Source of the DNA: an uncultured bacterium
GTDB taxonomy: Bacteria > Krumholzibacteriota > Krumholzibacteriia > LZORAL124-64-63
Assembly: GCA_963727525.1 (NCBI GenBank)
Contig: CAVSGO010000003.1
Span: 128,001 to 192,000, forward strand
Length of the DNA stretch: 64,000 bases
Reading direction: 5' to 3'
The position numbers were made by a program, and so were the translations under genes. How positions within the stretch are numbered: position 1 is the first letter of the stretch; each line of letters opens with the position of its first letter. The notes under the pieces were generated by a model. The model saw only the letters and a program-made list of their open reading frames with translations. It was not told where the DNA came from and ran no database searches. Shown in pieces: positions 31,167-40,785 of this stretch.

Positions 31167-32537
31167 ATGACAGCTCCGGACCACGAGATCGCGCTCGAGA
31201 ACCAGATCGATCAGTGGCGCACCTTCCTGCGCCGGCGACAGTCGATCCACGCCGTCGACGTGGCGGAGCTGGAAGACCATCTGCGCGAGCAGATCGAGGC
31301 ACTGGTCGACGCAGGGCTCGCGACCGACGAGGCGTTCCTCGTGGCGGTGAAGCGTATGGGCAACCTCGACACGCTGTCGCGGGAATTCGCGCGCGAGCAC
31401 TCGGACCGTCTGTGGAAGCAGCTCGTCGTCGCGCCTGCCGTGGTCGGGGAGCCGGGGACGGGCCCGGTCAGGGAGGCGGTCGTCGCCATCGGCCTCGCGA
31501 TCGCGGCGGCGGCGCTCATCAAGATCCCGGCACTCTTCGGGATGGACCTCGGCAGGGACGCCCACTTCTACGCCCGCAACCTGAGCTTCTTCGTGCTGCC
31601 CCTGCTGACCGGATACTTCGTCTGGAAGCGACAACTCGTCGTCCACACGTTGATCTGGCTGGCGCTGGCATTCGTGGTGGCGGGCGTCTTCGCCAACGCC
31701 TACCCCTTTGTGACCCGCGGCTCCGTCGAGGCGCTCACGGCGTTGCACCTGCCGATCGCGTTGTGGCTCGCCGTGGGCATCGCGTATGCGGGTGGCCGCT
31801 GGGGCCAGGTGGCCGGTCGCATGGACTTCATCCGCTTCTCCGGCGAGCTGTTCATCTACTACGCGCTGATCGCTCTCGGCGGCGGTGTCCTCTCGATGTT
31901 CATGATGATGATCTTCAAGGCCATCGGAGTGGACGCGGAGCCCTTCTTCCAGTCGTGGCTGCTGCCGTGTGGCGCCACCGGAGCCGTGCTGATCGGTTCA
32001 TGGCTGGTGGAGGCCAAGCAGAGCGTGATCGAGAACATGGCGCCCGTCCTCACGCGCCTCTTCACGCCGCTCTTCGCCGCTGTACTCGTGGCGTTTCTGG
32101 TGACCCTGGTGGTCACCGGACACGGAATCGACATCGAGCGAAACGTGCTCATCGCTTTCGACCTGCTCCTGGCGGTGGTGCTGGGCCTGGTCCTCTACGC
32201 GGCATCCGCACGCGATCATGGCACGCCTCCCGGCATCTTCGACGGGCTCCAGGTGGTGCTGCTAGTCAGTGCGCTGCTGGCCGACGCGGTGGCGCTGTGG
32301 GCGATCGCCGCCCGCATCTCCGAGTTCGGCTTCACACCCAACCGCGTGGCGGCGCTCGGTGAGAACGTGATCCTGCTCGTCAACCTCGCCTGGTCGACAG
32401 TGCTCTCTATGAAGTTCCTAGGCGGCCGCGGCTCGTTCGCGACCCTTGAACGCTGGCAGACAGACTACCTGCCGGTATATGCCGCGTGGGCGGCCGTCGT
32501 GGTGGTCGTCTTTCCGCCGGTGTTCGGGTACGTGTGA
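31167..32537 (+). CDS. Polytopic membrane protein with an N-terminal permease-prefix domain
   Basis: ELEDHLREQIEALVDAGLATDEAFLVAVKRMG followed by about 11 TM helices and GFTPNRVAALG; lies directly downstream of padR. Confidence 0.8.
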   Translation: MTAPDHEIALENQIDQWRTFLRRRQSIHAVDVAELEDHLREQIEALVDAGLATDEAFLVAVKRMGNLDTLSREFAREHSDRLWKQLVVAPAVVGEPGTGPVREAVVAIGLAIAAAALIKIPALFGMDLGRDAHFYARNLSFFVLPLLTGYFVWKRQLVVHTLIWLALAFVVAGVFANAYPFVTRGSVEALTALHLPIALWLAVGIAYAGGRWGQVAGRMDFIRFSGELFIYYALIALGGGVLSMFMMMIFKAIGVDAEPFFQSWLLPCGATGAVLIGSWLVEAKQSVIENMAPVLTRLFTPLFAAVLVAFLVTLVVTGHGIDIERNVLIAFDLLLAVVLGLVLYAASARDHGTPPGIFDGLQVVLLVSALLADAVALWAIAARISEFGFTPNRVAALGENVILLVNLAWSTVLSMKFLGGRGSFATLERWQTDYLPVYAAWAAVVVVVFPPVFGYV

Positions 32538-32632
32538 CCTGGCGCCCATGCGTACGACCGGCGAGGTCGTCCCCGTGGGGGCGGCCTCGCCGGTGTCATC
32601 CGACCCTGCGCCGGGCCGCGGGTGCCGCGATG

Positions 32633-34063
32633 TCAATCGTGGCTCGCGATCCACTCCCAGACCGGTTGCCAGAACATCTGCGCGGAGATCGCGGCGGTGA
32701 AGATGTTGACGTGGCCGATGTCCAGACGCTTCTCGCCCTGGAGCTGGACGTCGAGGAGGGTGACGTCGTCCGAGCCCGAGAGCAACGACGCCGTATCGTC
32801 CATGAGGTCGCCCCAGCTCCCGTGCGCGCCCAGAAAGAAGACAGGCACACTTATCTCCCCCAGGTGGTCGTCGTACGGCGAGTTCCCCTCGTCGCAGTGG
32901 ATCAGCGTGTTGTCGAGGTCGAACGGATTCGAACCGTAGCTATTGAACTGGCGGAGCCACCCGAGATAATGACCGACGTCGGTATACTGGAGATCGATGA
33001 CGTTCTCGTCGGCATCGAAAACGCCTGCCAGATAGTGGACGTCGGGATCGGGCATGCCGAACGCCACACCCGTCACCGCCCCGACGAAGAGAGCCGCATG
33101 CAGGTTGTCGAGCCAGTCCACGATCTCGGAGTCGCCGCTGGGGTCATCCTGACCGAGAGACCCCAGGGTCTGGAACAGTAAGCCATAGTCATTCTGATAG
33201 ACGCCACTCTGGACGAGGTCGGTGACCTCGGGTAGCCAGTCGCATTCACTTTGCCGCCAGGCCTCGTCGTTCGTCTTGTAGAAGAAGTCGACGGGAATGT
33301 ACCCGCCGATCTGACGCTGCCACGCCGGGAGCTGGGTCTCGAGGTCCAGGGCCGCGAAGCCGGTCATGGAGCCGGTGCTGTACCCCAGCAGGTTCATCCT
33401 GTCGTAGCCGCTCCCGGTCAACAGACGCGTGAGACGGGCGACGGCCATGCCCGTCCGCACGTTCTGCGCATCGAACCGCAGATCCCAGTTGGCCATGAAC
33501 GAGAAATCCTCGGTGTCCTGCGGCAGCAGTGTGTAGGCCTGGTCGATGCCCCACACGTCTACGTCGTGCTGCGCGAGGTACACTGCGAACGATTGATCCG
33601 CCGGTATCTCGGGGACGACTGCACCGGGCAGGAACATCACGGTGAAGTGGCCGGGCGTACCATGTACCGCAAAGAGCGACCTGTGCGTGCGGATCGGCCG
33701 GAAGGGACGCCGCTCCTTGACGACGCGATGCAAACCCACCACGTCATAGGGTCCGGGGCCGACGCGTAGACGGAAGGAATAGTGAACGATGTCGCCCACG
33801 ACCGACTCCCGTTCGATCTGCCATAACTGACATTTCTCGAGCCAATCACCACCAGGATTGTCAAGGACGACGGGATTCCCGTTCTCGTCGACAGCCGGCC
33901 AACCGGTCGATCTTACGAGAGCCTGAGCCACCGCCTCAGGGTCGACATACGACCGCGTGATGGCGGACTGGTCGATCGCGGGAGACGTGGGTGTCTGTTC
34001 CTGGCAGGCGACGGGCAGAAGCAATACGAGAATACAAACTGACCACATTACACGCCTTTACAT
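32633..34063 (-). CDS. Alpha/beta-hydrolase lipoprotein; the probable natural start (34063) is followed by an in-frame TAA, and the next ATG is at 34048
   Basis: Lipobox LPVAC, VHGTPG, DVWGID, nucleophile elbow LGYSTG, C-terminal GHVN; AAAGGAGG-N6-ATG TAA AGG CGT GTA ATG. Confidence 0.7.
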
Positions 34064-34196
34064 GAGATGCCTCCTTTGGTATGAAGTTACTTCAAGTAGA
34101 CTCGATATCGAGTCCAGGAATCCGACGGCGATCGCGATGGGATCGCGCCCGCCATTGGCAACGGACTTGCCTACGGATGCGGCTGCCGGCGCGTCG

Positions 34197-34784
34197 TCAG
34201 TGGCGTAGACCCACCATCAGACCCAACCCGGCAATATGGCGATCGATCATCGTAGCGGATAGCTCGGTGATGACGTTGTTGCTGACGTGCGCACCGATTC
34301 CAGCTCCGACGGAAATTCCGAAATCCGTGCTGCTGTGGGTTCCGCCGATGTCGACCGACAGATGATCCGCTGCGAAACCGACTTTTCCGAGCACGTAGAC
34401 ATCTCGGCCCACTCGCGCGACGTTGTATATACCGATGCTCCAGAGCCGCCATGTCCACTGCGAGGCCAGTGCGTCGAGCTGCGCCTGGTTCAATTCATTC
34501 GCGTTATCATAGTAGCTGTAATGCTGCACCGGTGCGACGGATCCGTCGGAGACCGATGTCAAGCCCGACAGCTCGACAGAGAATTCGACATCCCGTGTGC
34601 GACCAACGACCTTGCCCATCGTGCAACCAATATTGTTCGGGCCGTCCGATAGGGGCTGGCCGTCGTCGCTGACCGACGTCGTGCCGAAACTCGCACCGCC
34701 ATAGAATTCCTGCGCCCCGAGGCCGGTTGCCGCGATCGTTGCGACAGCCATGACCAGAATATTCCTCATATGTCGTTGAATCAT
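34197..34784 (-). CDS. Putative outer-membrane beta-barrel protein (OmpA-like TM domain)
   Basis: Signal peptide, FYGGASFG, alternating beta-strands, GISVGAGIG, C-terminal GLMVGLRH; GGGAGG RBS. Confidence 0.6.
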   Translation of the reverse strand: MIQRHMRNILVMAVATIAATGLGAQEFYGGASFGTTSVSDDGQPLSDGPNNIGCTMGKVVGRTRDVEFSVELSGLTSVSDGSVAPVQHYSYYDNANELNQAQLDALASQWTWRLWSIGIYNVARVGRDVYVLGKVGFAADHLSVDIGGTHSSTDFGISVGAGIGAHVSNNVITELSATMIDRHIAGLGLMVGLRH

Positions 34785-34807
34785 GAGACACGCCTCCCAT
34801 CACGGCT

Positions 34808-36547
34808 CTAGTTTGGATCGCTGCCGTCGCCGCCCAGCTCCATTAGAATCAGCTCCTCGGAATTGCTGCTCGTGCCGGCAACGACGATGCGCTCACCCTG
34901 CATGGCGACCACGCTGCCCGAGACGCTGTGGTCGAGGCCCTGGAAAGTCCGTTCCCAGACCAGGTTGCCGTCGAGTGCCAGCCGGGCGACGTACATGACA
35001 CTGCCGGATGAACTCGACGACGAACGACACGTCGCCAGGATCACCACGCCACCGTCGGGGGCTCCGCACAGCGATGCGAGATCGCAGCTGCTGTATTGCG
35101 GGATCGCTAGCTGGGAGTCCCAGATCCAGATGGTCGAACCATCCTGAGCGAGCTCGTGGAGATAGGTGCGGTAGGTCCCGCCGTCGGAGACGGTAAGCGC
35201 AGCCGTACAGGCGCCGTCAGGACCAACGGCGATCTCCCGTCGATACGATGTGCCGTTGTAGTTGATCGCCCGTTCCCAGATCGTCCCGAAGTTCGTGTCT
35301 ATTTCCGCGATGCGCAGATCCTGGTTCGCGATCCTCCCGTAGTAGATGCATCGCGATCCGTTGTCGGCCAGCTCGATGCCGTCGACCGCGCCGGGGAGCG
35401 GCCCCAGCGTCATCTGTACGATGACGTTTCCCTCGGTATCGGTGCGGACGAGATCCGGTCCACCGTAGTTGTCGAAAGACATCCACATGCCGAACTCGCT
35501 CGTCGTGCGTATGCCCGTCGGTGTGTCCCAGCCGGAGTAAGTACGGGTTCCGTATGCGATCCCGTCCCCGTGCATCTTTATGAGCACCACGTCGTTGTCG
35601 TATGACGACGTCGGCGTCAGGACGAAGACATCTCCATTGGCATCGACCGTGCTTCTCGATTCGCTGGCGGAGTATGCTCCCTGGCCATGGCTCCAGGTCG
35701 TACTGGAGGCGCCGAGTGTCCAGCGCGCAAACCACAGTTGAGATCCGGACACCCCCTGTACCAGGAAAGCGCCGTCCGGAAACACAGCCAGATCTCGGAT
35801 GACGGTGAGGTCGTCGAGGGCGTGCGTGTAGCGAGCGTTCGCGTGAACGGAGAAGCGCCAGGTGGCGCTCCATCCCGTCGTCCAGCCATCCGGCGATGCC
35901 ACCCGTCCCCGCCAGTAGTGGAGACCGTCGGCGGCCGCTACGTCGAATTGGGCGTTGTATGAACTCGCCGTGGACATGGTGGCGGCTTCGGTGAACAAGC
36001 TGTCGGATGCGATCTCGACGGTGTAGGTCAGTTCGTCGTAGCTGTTCGGCTGGTAGTCCGCCATCTGCAGCTCGAGGTTATTTCCGAAGATCACGGTCAA
36101 GCCATCGGCTGGCCTGGAGAGCGCTGGCCATGAGAATGAACCGTTCGTGAAGGTGACCTTGACCGAGTCTTCGCCGACGGAGGCGTAGGCGTCGGCGGCC
36201 GCGACGACGATCGTGAGGGTGTCGTCCGGGCCAACGTATAGTGCCGGCGAGATACTGTTGATGGAGAGGTAGCTGTTGCCTCTTCCACTGTAAACCAGAG
36301 AGTCGTTCATGAACGTCGTAATCGCACGAACTGATCCGTCAGTGATATCGGCTGTCACCATGAAAGTGTCGTAGTAGTCGAGTATCGCGCCGTCGAATGG
36401 CGCGGTGATGCGGACGACCGGGGCACGGTTCGATTCCGCGCCGATCGGGGTATCGAGGTCCAGGCCGTCCTCGGAAGTGGGGAGCAAGCATGATGACAGG
36501 GCCGGCAAGAGCACACACGCGAGGATGATCGAGCGACGTGGTGACAT
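34808..36547 (-). CDS. Lipoprotein with Ig/FN3-like domains and a beta-propeller-like C-terminal region
   Basis: Lipobox LSSC, NRAPVVRITAP, YTVEIASDSLF, HYWRGRV...WSATWRF, repeated D..G..(I/V)W.. blades. Confidence 0.65.
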   Translation of the reverse strand: MSPRRSIILACVLLPALSSCLLPTSEDGLDLDTPIGAESNRAPVVRITAPFDGAILDYYDTFMVTADITDGSVRAITTFMNDSLVYSGRGNSYLSINSISPALYVGPDDTLTIVVAAADAYASVGEDSVKVTFTNGSFSWPALSRPADGLTVIFGNNLELQMADYQPNSYDELTYTVEIASDSLFTEAATMSTASSYNAQFDVAAADGLHYWRGRVASPDGWTTGWSATWRFSVHANARYTHALDDLTVIRDLAVFPDGAFLVQGVSGSQLWFARWTLGASSTTWSHGQGAYSASESRSTVDANGDVFVLTPTSSYDNDVVLIKMHGDGIAYGTRTYSGWDTPTGIRTTSEFGMWMSFDNYGGPDLVRTDTEGNVIVQMTLGPLPGAVDGIELADNGSRCIYYGRIANQDLRIAEIDTNFGTIWERAINYNGTSYRREIAVGPDGACTAALTVSDGGTYRTYLHELAQDGSTIWIWDSQLAIPQYSSCDLASLCGAPDGGVVILATCRSSSSSSGSVMYVARLALDGNLVWERTFQGLDHSVSGSVVAMQGERIVVAGTSSNSEELILMELGGDGSDPN

Positions 36548-36804
36548 CACGGCGGGTCCTTTCGAGGAGTGATTATGGCGAAGCGATAAAGCCACGAGAA
36601 ACGTCGATATACGATCACGAAATCCGACCGAGCGTTACACCATGTATGATGTGTGTCAAGCGGATTCGGATCGCCAGGAGTAGCATTTCGTGAAGCCCCA
36701 CATTTTATAGATTTTGCGGGACGAAATATGCCGGTCTCGTTCATTGGTAATGGTGCATGATGCTGTCTTACGGGACTCCGGTCCGAGGCCACGGAGGTGA
36801 TACG

Positions 36805-39273
36805 ATGCCCAGGCGCGTGCCAGGAGTGCGAAACGGATTCGTCATGGTCGGCGTCGGGATGCTCGCGATGGTGATGGTGGACCTTGTCGCCGGCGGCCGG
36901 ATCGACACCGCCCGGGCGAATTGTATCGACTACCTCGGCAACTCGGTCAACGTCGGCCGATTCGACACGCCCGGACACGCGCGCCGTGTCTCGATATCGG
37001 GTCACCTGGCATGTGTCGCGGACGAGGAGGGCGGTCTGCGCATCATCGACGTCGAGGATGACCGCATGGTCCGGTTCGTGGGCTACATGGTGTTCCCATC
37101 ACGGGTTCTCGATGTCTTTGCTCGCGGCGATATCGTGTATCTTGCCGACAGCCAGGACGGGATGCGCATCGTTGACATCAGCGATCCGGCGGCACCAAGC
37201 TTGGAGAAGTCGGTGTACGTCTCCGGTGAAGCGCGAGGCGTAATCGTCGTGAACGACCGCGCCTACGTCGCGGCGGGATCGCAGGGTTTGCGCATCGTGG
37301 ATGTCGCGGACATCGCACAGGCGGCGATGGTCGGCGGTATCGTGACGGCCGGGCCGGCCAACGATGTCGATGTCCGGGACTCGTTTGCCTATGTTGCGGC
37401 GGGAAACGCGGGACTGCTGATCGTCGATATCGGCGACGATACGGCGCCACGACTTGTCGCGACGGTCGCCGTCGGTGGCGTGGCGAATGCCGTGGCGATG
37501 CGCGAATCCGTGGCAATCGTCGCGGCCGGTGATGCTGGTGTCGCGATCGTCGATGTCGAGGATCCGGAACATCCGGTGCTGGTATACGTGGCCCACGTGG
37601 GGGGCGATGCACTGGACGTTGTCGTGACTGACGGGTACGCGGTGGTCGCCGACCTCGCGTCTGGAATCTTGGTCATCGATATCAGCGACCCTGGCTCGCC
37701 CGCGGTGGTGGGCGGTCTGGATCTTGCGGGTGACGCATCGGGCGTGGCGATAGGGGGACAGCGCGCCTATGTCGCGACCGGCGACGCCGGGCTCACGATC
37801 GTCGATCTCTCCGAGCCCACGGATCCCCGGCTACCGGAGACATTGTGGCTACCAGGTGACGCGCTCGGGATCGCCGTGGCCAGCAGATTCGGCTACGTCG
37901 CGAGCCGCTGGGCGGGCTTGCAGGTGGTTGCCTTCGTTGGTGACGGGGAGCTGCAGCGTACCGGGAACGTGGGTACCGTCGGAGAGGCCCAGAGTATCGT
38001 GCTCCAGGGTACGCTCGCCTACGTCACGCAGTCCTATTTCGGTCTGGTCGTCATCGATGTGGAGAATCCCGAAGACCCCGTGATCATGGGAAGCGTTGAT
38101 ACGCAGGGAGTTGCGCGCGGCCTCGCGGTCTCTGGCGGCTATGCATATATCGCCGACGGAGAGACGGGCCTGGCCGTGATCGATATCGCGAACGCGGCCG
38201 CGCCGCATGTCGTGGCGAATCTCATTCTGCCGGGCATCGCTCGCTCGGTCGTGGTCATGGGCGAGCGGGCTCTCGTCGGGAGCTCGGGGTATGGAATCCC
38301 GATCGTAGATATCTCGAATCCCCGTGTCCCCGTTCTCGCGGGATCGGTGCCGGTATACGGTTTCGCCACAGATATGGCCGCGGCGGGTGACTTCGTGGTC
38401 GGCGTCGGTACTTCCGGCCTCGCGGTCATCGACGTGGGCTCACGGGAGCAACCGACCCTGCTGGGACAGATCAATCTGCAGTCGAATCCACGGAGCGTCA
38501 CCGTACGCGCCGATCACGTGTACGTGGGGAGCGAACTGAGCGGTATGCAAGTCGTCGACATCGGTGATCCGACGACCCCCGTGCTCCTGGGCAGCCTGCA
38601 GACGGCCGAGGAAATCCTGGACGTGGGGCTGACCGACGAATGGGCATTGGTCGCGGGACCGACTGGGCTCGTCGCCGCGCCACTGCAGTGTGGTGACGAG
38701 ACGGCGACATATCTCGATTTCTTCACGTTGTCCCCGCAAGATGGCCAGATCGACATCTGTTGGCGGGTGGGTTTGGCGTACGGAACGCCCGAGTTTCAGC
38801 TCACGGGTACCTGCAGACACGAGTGCTGGAACGTACCATTCGCGGCCGACGGCACATACGGGGACTTCGCAGCGGTGGATCGTGTGGGTGCTTTGCACGA
38901 CGACGCGACGGTGACCTACGAACTTCGCGGCCGCGACAGCGCCACGGACTGGTCGGTTGTCGCTTCCGCGTCAGCGCGACCCGTGTCCTCGCGGCGCGCG
39001 AGCACAATCGTCGGCATCGCGCCCAATCCGTTCAATCCCGTCGCTACGATCAGTTTCGAGTGCGCGGCCGCGAGCGCCGTGAGGCTGACCATCCACGACC
39101 TCGCTGGTCGCTTGGTGGCATGTCTCGTCGACGGGCCCATGGCGCAGGGGCGCCACCAGCAATCATGGGATGGTCGGGATCGTGCGGGCCGCCCCGTGCC
39201 CGCGGCCATGTACGTGACGCGCCTCGTGACGGCCGATCGGGTGGTCAGCCGCACGCTCACCATCGTGAAGTAG
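36805..39273 (+). CDS. Secreted LVIVD-repeat protein with a C-terminal FlgD-Ig domain
   Basis: About 14 repeats of A..V.V.G..AYVA.G..GL.I(V/I)D(V/I)..P..P; PNPFNP...HDLAGRLV...WDGRD; GGAGG RBS. Confidence 0.85.
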   Translation: MPRRVPGVRNGFVMVGVGMLAMVMVDLVAGGRIDTARANCIDYLGNSVNVGRFDTPGHARRVSISGHLACVADEEGGLRIIDVEDDRMVRFVGYMVFPSRVLDVFARGDIVYLADSQDGMRIVDISDPAAPSLEKSVYVSGEARGVIVVNDRAYVAAGSQGLRIVDVADIAQAAMVGGIVTAGPANDVDVRDSFAYVAAGNAGLLIVDIGDDTAPRLVATVAVGGVANAVAMRESVAIVAAGDAGVAIVDVEDPEHPVLVYVAHVGGDALDVVVTDGYAVVADLASGILVIDISDPGSPAVVGGLDLAGDASGVAIGGQRAYVATGDAGLTIVDLSEPTDPRLPETLWLPGDALGIAVASRFGYVASRWAGLQVVAFVGDGELQRTGNVGTVGEAQSIVLQGTLAYVTQSYFGLVVIDVENPEDPVIMGSVDTQGVARGLAVSGGYAYIADGETGLAVIDIANAAAPHVVANLILPGIARSVVVMGERALVGSSGYGIPIVDISNPRVPVLAGSVPVYGFATDMAAAGDFVVGVGTSGLAVIDVGSREQPTLLGQINLQSNPRSVTVRADHVYVGSELSGMQVVDIGDPTTPVLLGSLQTAEEILDVGLTDEWALVAGPTGLVAAPLQCGDETATYLDFFTLSPQDGQIDICWRVGLAYGTPEFQLTGTCRHECWNVPFAADGTYGDFAAVDRVGALHDDATVTYELRGRDSATDWSVVASASARPVSSRRASTIVGIAPNPFNPVATISFECAAASAVRLTIHDLAGRLVACLVDGPMAQGRHQQSWDGRDRAGRPVPAAMYVTRLVTADRVVSRTLTIVK

Positions 39274-39296
39274 CACGCTCCCGACGCCGCCCGCTC

Positions 39297-39320
39297 CTAG
39301 CGGAACAACTAGCGGAACAA
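39297..39320. repeat. 12-bp tandem duplication spanning a stop codon
   Basis: CTAGCGGAACAA x2, i.e. LFR* twice on the minus strand. Confidence 0.9.
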
Positions 39321-40205
39321 CGACTTCACGTCGCTCCAGCTTGCGGTCTGCGTGCCGACCGGCAGGGCGGTCAGTGCGAGGTCCTGGAAGAGGAGCGTGT
39401 CGCCCTCGTAGTCGTGCATGTAGTCCGGACAGTCGGGGCAATCGACGACGGCGAAGGGGGTGGACTCCTCGTGCATCGCGACCGGCCCGACATCGGGCAC
39501 GTAGAAGACCTGGCCGCGGTACTCGCCGTGGATGCTCCCGAGCAACACGCCTTCCTCGGTGACAAAGTCCTGCCAGCCCAGGTCGACGAGGTAGTCCATC
39601 TGCACGGCGTCGGTGAAGGTGCTGACCGGCGTGGACACGGTCGCGTCGATGGCGGCGACGGTGCCGTGCAGGAAGATGTCGTCGGCGAACTCGGGTACGA
39701 GTTGCAGCACGAATGACGCGCCGACCGTGAGATCGCTCTCGACGTAGATCCAGGTGAGGTGGGAGAAATCGGGCTGCCACATCTCGATGTCGTCGGCAGT
39801 CTTCAGGAAGTAGCCACCGTGGAGGAAGTCGGGATTCCAGGATCTCTGGGGCCTGTTCTGCCCGTAACGCGCGACGATGGCCTCGCGAAGATCGGGCCGG
39901 CCCTGCCAGACCATCGCCAGGGGGAACGGGAGGTCCGGCGCGGTGGCGACCGCGGCCGGGATGTCACCGTGTTCGGCCAGCAGGACCTGGGCCGTGCCAC
40001 CCGGCGTGCCAATGGTGCCTTCGAGTGCGAGGAACGCGGACGTCGTGGCATCGACCGGCTCCGGGAAGACCTGGACGACGTGATAGTCGAACTCCCAGCG
40101 CGTCCCATCGGGATTCGGCCAGAGCGAGTCGAGGGTGGGCTGGGCCACCGCTGCGGCCGCGACGAGCACCGCGACCGAACAAAGGATGAATACGAAACGT
40201 CGCAT
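39309..40205 (-). CDS. Secreted hypothetical protein with a C-terminal 'SWSDVKSLFR' motif
   Basis: Signal peptide MRRFVFILCSVAVLVAAAAVA, LWPNPDGTRWEF, FYVPDVGPV, tail PVGTQTASWSDVKSLFR. Confidence 0.75.
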   Translation of the reverse strand: MRRFVFILCSVAVLVAAAAVAQPTLDSLWPNPDGTRWEFDYHVVQVFPEPVDATTSAFLALEGTIGTPGGTAQVLLAEHGDIPAAVATAPDLPFPLAMVWQGRPDLREAIVARYGQNRPQRSWNPDFLHGGYFLKTADDIEMWQPDFSHLTWIYVESDLTVGASFVLQLVPEFADDIFLHGTVAAIDATVSTPVSTFTDAVQMDYLVDLGWQDFVTEEGVLLGSIHGEYRGQVFYVPDVGPVAMHEESTPFAVVDCPDCPDYMHDYEGDTLLFQDLALTALPVGTQTASWSDVKSLFR

Positions 40206-40375
40206 GCCGGTTCCTTTCTCGTGGCGATGGCACTGAAATTACATGATCAGTGTATCACATCCGCGACGTTTCGAACAAGGCGCCGGGGCAGCGCTCGGCG
40301 ACCGCATGTGCTACGTTTTGCCGCTGAAATCTCGCGACCCCGGGGTTGCGTCACCTCCGTCGAAGGGACCGCACC

Positions 40376-40756
40376 ATGTCCAAGCAAGCCATCGTCTCGC
40401 CCGACCTCGCGCCTCCGGTGGGGCCGTACTCCACGGCCGTGCGCGCCGGGGGATTCGTCTTCCTGAGCGGTCAGATCGGCCTGGATCCGGGTACGAGAAA
40501 GATCGTGGCCGGTGGGGTCGAGGCGCAGACGGAGCAGCTCTTCCGCAACATCCGCGCCGTACTCGAGGCCGCGGGGAAGACCATGGACGATGTCGTGCGC
40601 ACGTGCGTGTACCTCACGGACATGGCCGATTTCGGCACCATGAACGCGATCTATGCGCGACAGTTCAAGGAGCCCTTCCCGGCGCGCACGACGATCGCCG
40701 TGACAGCGTTGCCCATCGGGGCGACAGTGGAGATCGATCTCGTCGTGGAGGATTGA
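40376..40756 (+). CDS. ridA: RidA/YjgF/UK114-family imine deaminase
   Basis: PVGPYSTA, FLSGQIG, YLTDMADFGTMNAIY, FPARTTIAV, LPIGATVEID. Confidence 0.92.
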   Translation: MSKQAIVSPDLAPPVGPYSTAVRAGGFVFLSGQIGLDPGTRKIVAGGVEAQTEQLFRNIRAVLEAAGKTMDDVVRTCVYLTDMADFGTMNAIYARQFKEPFPARTTIAVTALPIGATVEIDLVVED

Positions 40757-40785
40757 GGTCGGGATGGAATCGCAACAGTTCTGAC

